This document shows positions 8,940 through 16,894 of a stretch of DNA of 64,000 nt, piece by piece. The notes below the pieces were generated by a model. The model had not been told where the DNA came from. It made no database searches and saw only the letters and a program-made list of their open reading frames with translations. How positions within the stretch are numbered: position 1 is the first letter of the stretch; each line of letters starts with the position of its first letter. The stretch is from an uncultured virus (IMG/VR IMGVR_UViG_3300001592_000009) (Duplodnaviria > Heunggongvirae > Uroviricota > Caudoviricetes): the IMG/VR virus record IMGVR_UViG_3300001592_000009; one strand, 5' to 3'. The translations under genes were made by a program, and so were the position numbers.

Positions 8940-10274
8940 TTGCGTCAATTCTACCACTCGTCTCACGACAAGTCTAACAACCTTCTTCCGATCACTCTGG
9001 GTGGTTTTGGAACCGATAACCTGGAAGATGCGGCAAACGTACTGGATGCGCTCAGATACAGGGATCTGAACCGTCCCGGAGGCGCTGCTATCCTCGGGGA
9101 AAACGGAGAGTTTCCAACCCACCTGCTTCCCCTTGGCTATCTTCCCGATAACTTCGTCGCGCTGCACGGACCTTCCAGCATCCCGAAGCTTGGCACCGCG
9201 ATCTTCAAGATCAGCAACTACGATGAGAAGACTACTTACTCTATCGTCACAGAGAACGGCAAAGCCTACCAGTATGGTGATCAGATCGCTTTTGCAGCAG
9301 GTGTGGTGGTAGGAGCAGCCTCTCTCTCCATCAACGGAGCTGTCTATGTGATCCAGGTCACCAGCACATCTCCATCCTCTCCTACGGTGATCAGTCCGCT
9401 TCAGGACAGCGCCAACCATGAAGCCAGCGTGAGTTTCATGTCTTCCACGTTTGCGTCTCCGCAGATCCCGGATCAGCATGCGGATTCGGACTGGCAACTC
9501 GCTGCCGACAGTGATTTTCTGTCAGTTGTACAGCAGAGCCTTAACGACACAGTCAACACCACTAGCTGGACTGTCACAGGACTGAGTCCGAATACCCAGT
9601 ACTACCTGCGAGTGCGTCACAAGAGTCTCTCCACAGGCCCTAGTCCTTGGAGTCCTTCTCTGCGCTTCTCCACGCGATCGTTCCAAGTGGTTCAACCGAC
9701 GACCATCACATCGCCTGTCAACGGGGCTCTGAACGTAGATACACGCCTCACGGTTACGACAGCAGGCTACGTGGGGGGTGGCGGTACCGACTACCATACA
9801 ACCACGGACTGGGAGGTCGCTACCGATGTCTCCTTCAACACGGTGGTTTGGAACAGCTATGCTGATCCGGTCAACAAGACGAGTGTCAAGATCACCAGCC
9901 TTCCTTACGACTCTCTCTTCTACATTCGGTCACGCCATAACAGCAGCGTCACAGGCACAGGTCCGTGGTCTCCCGTGGTGAGCTTCCGCACCTTGACAGG
10001 CGCCCAGCTGAGCACACCGTCCATCACGGTACCTGTCACCAATGGCTCTGAGCTAGAGCAAGGGGCGGCAGTTACGTCCTCTAACTTCATTGTTTCCGCA
10101 GGCTATGCCACGCATACCAAAACGGTTTATGAGATCGCCACCGACGCAGCGTTCTCTAACATCGTGGCCAGCAGCCCCGGTGCGAGCCCTGTCACCTCCT
10201 GGGTTCCGTCGAGCTTGACGATCGGACAGGAGTACTACGTTCGTGTCAAGTACAAGGCCAACCAGAACCAGTGA
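8940..10274 (+). CDS. Tail fibre/appendage protein with three FnIII-like domains (paralog of 5217-6446)
   Basis: PITLGGFG...AANVLD N-terminus. Three repeats H..(S/T).(W/Y)(Q/E).A.D..F ... Y.R.(R/K). SD AGGAGG with TTG start. Confidence 0.8.
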   Translation: MRQFYHSSHDKSNNLLPITLGGFGTDNLEDAANVLDALRYRDLNRPGGAAILGENGEFPTHLLPLGYLPDNFVALHGPSSIPKLGTAIFKISNYDEKTTYSIVTENGKAYQYGDQIAFAAGVVVGAASLSINGAVYVIQVTSTSPSSPTVISPLQDSANHEASVSFMSSTFASPQIPDQHADSDWQLAADSDFLSVVQQSLNDTVNTTSWTVTGLSPNTQYYLRVRHKSLSTGPSPWSPSLRFSTRSFQVVQPTTITSPVNGALNVDTRLTVTTAGYVGGGGTDYHTTTDWEVATDVSFNTVVWNSYADPVNKTSVKITSLPYDSLFYIRSRHNSSVTGTGPWSPVVSFRTLTGAQLSTPSITVPVTNGSELEQGAAVTSSNFIVSAGYATHTKTVYEIATDAAFSNIVASSPGASPVTSWVPSSLTIGQEYYVRVKYKANQNQ

Positions 10275-10288
10275 TCTGAATCAACTGC

Positions 10289-10335
10289 CAGCATAGGGCT
10301 AGGAGGGGCTATACGCCCCTCCTAGCCCTATGTAC
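10289..10335. terminator. Bidirectional hairpin terminator, TRTG class
   Basis: CATAGGGCTAGGAGGGGC / GCCCCTCCTAGCCCTATG, 18-bp stem between convergent genes. Confidence 0.8.
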
Positions 10336-10340
10336 GTCTC

Positions 10341-10997
10341 TTAGAGAGGCTCACCCTTGGTCAGCTTCGTAACAGCCGCCATGGCGTCGATACGACCACT
10401 CCGGATACCTTCTATGATCTCAGGCACAACCACACCAGTCATGTACATCCAGGTGTCCTTCATGAACTCGTCGGTCTTGCGCTGGATCTTTTCACGCTCC
10501 AGGTCTTCTTCCGAGAGACCCTGACCTTCGGCTGCTGCTTTCTGGTACAGGTCAGTCAGGCGAGCCCGCATGCGTTCCGAGATCCCACGCAGAGTCGACA
10601 GGGCTGAAATCAATTCCCCGTCATTCCACGGGTTCATCGCAGCGAACCGAGTCACGCTGTAGTTGTTCATCAGGAAGATCTCGGTCGTACCGCTATGGAT
10701 CTGTCTGATGTCACTCCCATCGCTCTCTGTTTTCATGAACGTGTAGGTCACGTCATCCACAGAGACGATGGCGTTCTCTCGCTTCATGAAGGAGCGGTGG
10801 TGCAGCAATGCGGCCTCACGCTCATCGGGACTGTAGAGACCAGCTCTCTTTCCGTCTCGTGTAAAGACCCCAGCTTTGTCTGTCAACAGAAGAGGGAGAG
10901 GGTCTTCTCCTTCCAAAGAGACAGGGAGGGTGGATAGAAGGTAGAAGTGGGAGATTCCTACGGTCTTCAGAGAAGCAGATGGTCCGTTGTTTTTCAT
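10341..10997 (-). CDS. Hypothetical protein
   Basis: 218-aa ORF, tightly packed, last gene of the operon. Confidence 0.6.
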   Translation of the reverse strand: MKNNGPSASLKTVGISHFYLLSTLPVSLEGEDPLPLLLTDKAGVFTRDGKRAGLYSPDEREAALLHHRSFMKRENAIVSVDDVTYTFMKTESDGSDIRQIHSGTTEIFLMNNYSVTRFAAMNPWNDGELISALSTLRGISERMRARLTDLYQKAAAEGQGLSEEDLEREKIQRKTDEFMKDTWMYMTGVVVPEIIEGIRSGRIDAMAAVTKLTKGEPL

Positions 10998-11005
10998 GGC
11001 GTACT

Positions 11006-11587
11006 TTAACCTTTCACCAGTTCGAAGATGCTAAGCAAAGTATCCAGAAGTGTCGATCCTTTTTCACTACCGGCAGCTCCCATCACCAATGTGAAGAGCA
11101 CCACCAGGACAAAGGTAGAGCTTCCGATGACCAGGAAGGCTTTGTTCATCCATGTCTTGAGCTTGATCTGCTCCTCCGCATCGATGCTTCTAAGGTCTTT
11201 CCGCTCGTGCTGCACCACACCCATGTCGATAGATGTCTCCTTGTCCACCTTGATATCTTCCAAGGCCTCTACGGCCCTGTCGATATCGTTCTCCCAGTGG
11301 AGCAACAGGCTCTTCTTCAGGAAAGTCTGTCGATCCACGGGGTGGAGTTGTTCGAAGATCTCCATCACATTGTCACGCAAAAGCCCACCATGGCTGTGGT
11401 CGGCCAGCCTCTGCATCTTGTCGACAACCTGATGTGAAGTGCGAGGGATGCGTCGTTCCCGAACACGCTCATCCTTCTGTACATATTCACGACTGCTGGG
11501 GGTATTGGAATAGGTTCGTACACGTTCCACAGAACCTACTTCCTCCTGCTCCGACCCCAGACAGTTCACGAACTCTCTATCGCCCAT
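11006..11587 (-). CDS. Membrane protein with C-terminal TM segment(s)
   Basis: Start MGDREF with SD AGGAG. Hydrophobic AFLVIGSSTFVLVVLFTLVMG. Confidence 0.65.
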   Translation of the reverse strand: MGDREFVNCLGSEQEEVGSVERVRTYSNTPSSREYVQKDERVRERRIPRTSHQVVDKMQRLADHSHGGLLRDNVMEIFEQLHPVDRQTFLKKSLLLHWENDIDRAVEALEDIKVDKETSIDMGVVQHERKDLRSIDAEEQIKLKTWMNKAFLVIGSSTFVLVVLFTLVMGAAGSEKGSTLLDTLLSIFELVKG

Positions 11588-12230
11588 TGTTATTCTCCTT
11601 CTTCTTGAGCTGGAATGCATCCCAGAACTTCTTCACACTCTGGTCATGTTGTTCATTGCCGGTACTGTGTAGGAAACACTGTTCCGGCTTGAAGGGCAGA
11701 TGGGTCACCTTGACCACCATTTCCACGTCGTCAAAGGAGATCCCTTTGCGATCCAAGAAATCCAGCAGGCTGTCAATCTCTACATCGATCTTACACCAAC
11801 GGCTGCGCTCTCCTGTTTCGGTACGGAAGATGTCGACCTCGTACTTGATGTTCGGGATCTCGATCTCCTTACCCTCCATAGTCACGGAGACTTTCTTAGC
11901 GTGGAAGGTATAGCGGGTCTTCAGAACGCCGCGTTCACCAAAGTGTTGCTTCCAGGCTTCGAAGTAAGCAGCCTCGATCGGTGTAGAGACCTCTATGGTC
12001 GACTGGACAGCTGTCTCGCCATCGATGTCGATTTTGATGGTCTCATCGAAACGAGAGACACCGTCTGAGATGGTCTCACGCACACGTTGACGGCGCTTGG
12101 CACCGTTCTCTCCGATCACAGGGAGGCGGACCTCCCATTGTTCGTGTTGCTCGACAGCATCTGCTTGGTTGAGACCATCAGGGTCTCCGACGCGTGCGTA
12201 GATAGTGATCTCTCGTTCCGTATTGGCCAT
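11577..12230 (-). CDS. CYTH / triphosphate tunnel metalloenzyme-like protein
   Basis: N-terminal ERE, RQRVR, TIK, IEV, KTRYTF, YEVDIF and IDVE match the ordered CYTH strand motifs. Confidence 0.65.
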   Translation of the reverse strand: MANTEREITIYARVGDPDGLNQADAVEQHEQWEVRLPVIGENGAKRRQRVRETISDGVSRFDETIKIDIDGETAVQSTIEVSTPIEAAYFEAWKQHFGERGVLKTRYTFHAKKVSVTMEGKEIEIPNIKYEVDIFRTETGERSRWCKIDVEIDSLLDFLDRKGISFDDVEMVVKVTHLPFKPEQCFLHSTGNEQHDQSVKKFWDAFQLKKKENNNGR

Positions 12231-12593
12231 TTACTTCTCCAGTGCTTTCTTTTCCTCCAACACCCGCTTCTCTTCCTTGGCGTTGTACTCGTCAATCAAC
12301 GCCTTCTGCTTCTCCAGAGAAGTCTTGATGCTGCGTTTATCGATGGTGCAGTTTTTGGTGTGTTTGTACTGCTCGATCACCANNCGNGTCAGATGGTCTT
12401 CCCGCTCATCCATGCTCATCTTGAGATACTCAGGGCGAGTAACCGNGGGTTCGATCTTGCAGTCTTCCAGGAGAACAGGGTCGACAGAGACTGTCTTCCA
12501 ACTGTTCTTCTCCACCACCACAACCTTGATGGTCTCGCAGCCTGCCATGAACAAAGCCAGCAGGCTGATACACGCGATCTTCAGAAAGTTCAT
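12231..12593 (-). CDS. Lipoprotein, putative outer-membrane spanin (Rz1-like)
   Basis: Signal peptide with lipobox MAGC, two further Cys, 4-nt overlap with the upstream TM coiled-coil gene. Confidence 0.75.
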   Translation of the reverse strand: MNFLKIACISLLALFMAGCETIKVVVVEKNSWKTVSVDPVLLEDCKIEPXVTRPEYLKMSMDEREDHLXXXVIEQYKHTKNCTIDKRSIKTSLEKQKALIDEYNAKEEKRVLEEKKALEK

Positions 12594-13198
12594 GTCANNT
12601 CCTTAGAGAGAAGAATGGGGTTCAGGTCACTGAAANTACATCGCTCCTCATGGAGCCAGTCCAACCNAGAGTAGTGNGAGAGCTCAGGCAGCTGAAGGGT
12701 AGCTCCTNTGGGAGCACTNCCCTTGTTCTCCTTCGGCTTCACTTCCGCTGGCGCTGGAGCGATTTCAGCCACCTCTTGGTAAACAGCGAACANCACATCG
12801 TANCGCTTCATGCTNTCNCTCTCTTCAGCCTCCACCACCGGTTTGGACGGATCGCGTTTCTTGGGCACAGGGAGAGCCGTCGATAGCTTTTTGATGCGAT
12901 CCTCCAGCTTATCGATAGTGCGCTCGCGTTCCAAGATAACCTGCTGGTTGACCTGGGTCGTATCCTGCATTAGTTTGATCTCTCGATCCTTTTGCTCGAG
13001 TGCTTTGGCCAGCTGCTCAACCTTTTCATTAGCCTGCCGGAGTTCTTCGGTCTTGGTGTTGAGGAGACCCTGCACACGCTCCGTCTCCGCTTTCTCTTTG
13101 GACGAACCGTGGCTGTAGCCAATGAAACCGATGATCCCTGCGATCACCAGCGTTGCGATCCCTCCGATGAGAAAGGATCCTCTCTGTTTGTTTTGCAT
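12590..13198 (-). CDS. Putative inner-membrane spanin (Rz-like)
   Basis: Single N-terminal TM followed by a long coiled coil. Start MQNKQR with SD GGAGG. Confidence 0.7.
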   Translation of the reverse strand: MQNKQRGSFLIGGIATLVIAGIIGFIGYSHGSSKEKAETERVQGLLNTKTEELRQANEKVEQLAKALEQKDREIKLMQDTTQVNQQVILERERTIDKLEDRIKKLSTALPVPKKRDPSKPVVEAEEXXSMKXYDVXFAVYQEVAEIAPAPAEVKPKENKXSAPXGATLQLPELXHYSXLDWLHEERCXFSDLNPILLSKXXT

Positions 13199-13199
13199 T

Positions 13200-13784
13200 T
13201 CACCCTCCTGTGAACAGTTCAGATTTGGTCTTGAGCCACGCATAACCGACTGCTGTAGCGTCGATCGCGTGCTCATCGAGATGGTCGATACCTCTAGGGA
13301 AATGCTCCATGATCAACGGAGTCTTCTCTACAGCTTCTTTGACGATCTCTTTCCCCTTGATTCCAGCTACACCCAAGGACTTCTTCACAGCCTGGGGCGC
13401 AAGCTTCTGGAACCGCACCATGCGATTGTATCGCAAGACTTCGTCATAGAGTGTCGTAAGGACCTCGCTAAGGATCTGAAAGCTGTTAGGTTTCTTGCGA
13501 TCAAAGAACGGGCTCTCGGTGACCACGATGTCGGGGCGGTAGATCTCCAACCAAGCTCTTAACCCTCTCCCCATTTGAAGACGCTTGATGACGCGTTCCT
13601 CGTGAACCTCGTCGTCGATACCACTGTCGTCGATCAGCCGTATAGCTTTCAAGGTCCCTGCTTCAATACCCAGGACCTTGCAATCATACTGGTCGATGCG
13701 ATAGACAGAAACCCCGGTGTTATTCAAGCCTGGATCAAGGAACAGGGCGTTGAACACCCGATGGGTCTCTGGTCTACTCTGCAT
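13200..13784 (-). CDS. ruvC: RuvC-like Holliday junction resolvase
   Basis: FLDPGLNNTG, VVTES, PQAVKK and EHAIDATAVG catalytic motifs. Confidence 0.9.
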   Translation of the reverse strand: MQSRPETHRVFNALFLDPGLNNTGVSVYRIDQYDCKVLGIEAGTLKAIRLIDDSGIDDEVHEERVIKRLQMGRGLRAWLEIYRPDIVVTESPFFDRKKPNSFQILSEVLTTLYDEVLRYNRMVRFQKLAPQAVKKSLGVAGIKGKEIVKEAVEKTPLIMEHFPRGIDHLDEHAIDATAVGYAWLKTKSELFTGG

Positions 13785-13789
13785 AGCGT

Positions 13790-14638
13790 TTAGTTGCTGA
13801 CGGTGAGGAGAGGCTCGACGTTGCCGATGTCGAGGTTGAGGCGAGTCCCGTCTCGCAAGGAGTCCATCACCCAGGCTGTCGCCACGAAGGCCGTCACCTG
13901 TGCGTAGATGGCTTCTGTGTAGGACTGGTTGACGCCGTTGAAAGCACCGTTGACCGTCTTATCCACACCAGAGACGGTCACCAGCTCACTGATGATGCCG
14001 TATCCGTCTTCGTTCTCTCGAATACGGCAAGCGTTGATGAACTCCGTGACGTCTTCCGGCGTCATGATGAACGGAACCTTCATGGTGCTGGCCACGTAAT
14101 CGCCCGTGGTNGTGACGGCGTTGTCAGTCACCAAGACCGGAGGCACGGGGTTCAGATCTTCCAGAGACGGTACGAAGGGGGTGGAGGTTGTNACGCCATC
14201 TTCCACCACCCGCAGTTCCAAAGCAGGGCGCGACAGCGACATGTCCAAGACACGGAGGTANTAGGCGATGTAGTCNACCCCGTGGTGGCGCTCCACCTTG
14301 CGGAGACGGTAGCGTACGCGCTGCTCCGGTGTCAGATCTTCACCGATGGGGCGCAATACGAAGGGAAGCTGGTTGTACATGGCCGTGTGGCGGGGTGTGT
14401 GGTGCACTCCGACCCATTTGGTCTTTCCGTTACCACCGCGCAGGAAGTCGTGACCACCATCACCGATACCTACGTAACGGACATGCGGCATGTCTGTGTC
14501 GATCAGTTGAACATCGGCATGGATGCTCAGCTTTTGATTGAGAGTGGAGTTCGGGAAGACCTCCAACTTCTTTCCAGTGTATTGACAGGTCTGAAGGATG
14601 CCTGCCATGGCGGTTCGGACGACATTGGTGTTGCTCAA
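13790..14638 (-). CDS. phiKZ-like virion structural protein (portal-adjacent conserved block)
   Basis: TLNQK, IGDGGH, QLPFVLR motifs. Synteny with the large structural gene and portal. Confidence 0.7.
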   Translation of the reverse strand: MSNTNVVRTAMAGILQTCQYTGKKLEVFPNSTLNQKLSIHADVQLIDTDMPHVRYVGIGDGGHDFLRGGNGKTKWVGVHHTPRHTAMYNQLPFVLRPIGEDLTPEQRVRYRLRKVERHHGXDYIAXYLRVLDMSLSRPALELRVVEDGXTTSTPFVPSLEDLNPVPPVLVTDNAVXTTGDYVASTMKVPFIMTPEDVTEFINACRIRENEDGYGIISELVTVSGVDKTVNGAFNGVNQSYTEAIYAQVTAFVATAWVMDSLRDGTRLNLDIGNVEPLLTVSN

Positions 14639-14668
14639 GATACGCTCCTATGGATACAGTTAAAGGGT

Positions 14669-16882
14669 TTAGATCACAGACTGGCTGTAACGAGATTTGA
14701 GACGGGAGCGTGAAGACTCCGGAAGGTTGTGGAACGTGGTATACCCGGGAAGCAGGTGTTTGTTGTCGAGAGCTTCGTCCTGTCCGTCGTAGGTGATGTC
14801 AAGACTATAGGGCCTGAACGTGATGTTGGTAGTAGATTCCGAAGTCGACCTAGCAGCCACGGCACCTACCAGCTCGATCTCCGCGTCCTGTTCCGTAGAC
14901 CCCGTCAGAGAACCTCCTCCCTTGACGCCGACATCCAAAGCAATCGCCTTGGGTGTAGCGCCAGACCCACTGCTGTCCAGAACAAAGACGTTCACATCCA
15001 TGGACCTGGTTGTTTCACCGTAAGTGGAGAGGTTTCCAAGACGAATAGCAGGCCAGTTAATCAAGACGATATCGTCGTCGATGATGGAGCTGGTGAACTG
15101 GATGGTGTAACTGCTCAGCTGTTTGGTGATAGCGATCATCGCAGCCTGGATGTTCTTCAATGTGAGGACACTGCCCACCTCTAAGCCTGTAGAAGCTTCG
15201 TAGATGGTCTTGGCCAGTTGAAGAGCTTCCTCATAGGAGTAGGCATATGGCGGAAGATCTTTCGATCTCAACCACGTATCCATAGACAAAGTCTGGGTAT
15301 CGTAGCCCTGTCGAACATCCTCATAGAGTCTCCGCACCATGTTCTCCACCATGGCGCGCTCATAGTGGTCACCCATGCTGGAGATGAGGTACCAGTGGAA
15401 TAGACACTCCTCTGTCAATTTGCGAGCCAGAACATGGAAAGCACTGACCGACATCACTGGGCCGATGTCTGGCTGTCTCCGAACAATCTCTTCGGCGTGT
15501 CGACGAAGATTGTGCTTGGTAGTATCCACGACAGACAGCAGATCTTCCACAGTGGGTTTTGGAAGGATGCGCTGCTGCATGTTGATGTATTGCGGGACTT
15601 CCTGAACATCAAATCCCTCGGCTTTCAGGACCAGGTACTGCATGTAGAGGAAAGCGTCATGGGCGAACAGAGTTCGTGGCTCTCCTGTACCGGGATCTTT
15701 GAAGTTGATAACCACGTCATAGTAGCCGCGTTGACTGAGGTGAAACCATTCCCGGATAGCGACCATCTCAAAGGTCTCCGGTACCGCGTTGCTGTAGTCC
15801 ACCATACTTGAATCTAACACCTTGGTCTGCACTTCCGCACTTCGGGAGAGACGGAAGCTCTTATCCATCGCCGTTCCGTACTGCTCGTAGTAGAGATTGT
15901 TTCCTGGAGATTCCGGTATTTCCTTGCGGAGCAACACATCGACCGAATGCCGATCTTCCAGATCCACGACCATGTGGTGGTTCAGAGGGTTCAAGAACGC
16001 GATCTGCTCCGGGATGTAATCCACCGTGAAGTCGTCAGTATGTCGAACCGAGTAAGAGCCGATAGGGATGCCTCGATCGGTCAGAAGGTGCTGGATCAGC
16101 TTCTTGAACTGAGAACTCTTTCCGTGGTTGTGCTCCAGGTAGACGATGTTGCGGTACAACCACAGAGCTTGCTTCAACGTCAGATAGGGGAGGAAGCGGT
16201 CCAGTTCCCCGTGGCTACCCAAATACATCCGGACATGGAAGCTGTGGGCTTCCGGGGTCTTGCAGCGGGCAGTACGGAGATTCAGAAGCACAGGAAAGAG
16301 TTGTGTCATCAGCACAGTCCAGAACGTCGTGCAGTATTCCGAATCAGACATGGCGAACTGGACGTTGTGCCACCGAGCGATCTGTTGCTTGATATGTTTC
16401 TCCAGATCAGGGATCAAGGAGCTTTCGTTACTCTCCACGAGATGATCTGGATACCCCAGGATCGTACCGGACTCTGCTTCGATAGCGAGATCGATGTCAA
16501 CTGGGGTGAGGATGCCGTCGATGACGCTCTTTTGATCAGGGTAGCGTAGCAGGAGACGCTGGTAGGCCGGAGACCCCATCACATGGGCGTCTCTGGTCGC
16601 TGTATGGATCTCCAGGTTCTCTCGGGTGAATTCGATCTCCTCGAGGTTATCTATGGACACCACGGTCATTATCCGATCAGTGGGGTGGTACTGACCTGAG
16701 AGGTTCATGTAGTACTTCCATGTCTCTGGAAGCGAGGGATCCACTGCGCCAGACCCGTAGGTTTTAGCAACCGCCTCGTTCATCAACAAAGGCGCTTCAT
16801 CGAACTTGACCACCAAGGTCTTGACCAACTGCATGCACTGGTCAAGATACTGGTTGAGGTAACTGTTTTGAGTAATAGACAT
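14669..16882 (-). CDS. Large phiKZ-like virion structural protein (gp128-like)
   Basis: WKYYMNLSGQYH and LYRNI.YL motifs. Divergent from the portal as in phiKZ relatives. Confidence 0.7.
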   Translation of the reverse strand: MSITQNSYLNQYLDQCMQLVKTLVVKFDEAPLLMNEAVAKTYGSGAVDPSLPETWKYYMNLSGQYHPTDRIMTVVSIDNLEEIEFTRENLEIHTATRDAHVMGSPAYQRLLLRYPDQKSVIDGILTPVDIDLAIEAESGTILGYPDHLVESNESSLIPDLEKHIKQQIARWHNVQFAMSDSEYCTTFWTVLMTQLFPVLLNLRTARCKTPEAHSFHVRMYLGSHGELDRFLPYLTLKQALWLYRNIVYLEHNHGKSSQFKKLIQHLLTDRGIPIGSYSVRHTDDFTVDYIPEQIAFLNPLNHHMVVDLEDRHSVDVLLRKEIPESPGNNLYYEQYGTAMDKSFRLSRSAEVQTKVLDSSMVDYSNAVPETFEMVAIREWFHLSQRGYYDVVINFKDPGTGEPRTLFAHDAFLYMQYLVLKAEGFDVQEVPQYINMQQRILPKPTVEDLLSVVDTTKHNLRRHAEEIVRRQPDIGPVMSVSAFHVLARKLTEECLFHWYLISSMGDHYERAMVENMVRRLYEDVRQGYDTQTLSMDTWLRSKDLPPYAYSYEEALQLAKTIYEASTGLEVGSVLTLKNIQAAMIAITKQLSSYTIQFTSSIIDDDIVLINWPAIRLGNLSTYGETTRSMDVNVFVLDSSGSGATPKAIALDVGVKGGGSLTGSTEQDAEIELVGAVAARSTSESTTNITFRPYSLDITYDGQDEALDNKHLLPGYTTFHNLPESSRSRLKSRYSQSVI

Positions 16883-16894
16883 AAGGAGTCTCCG

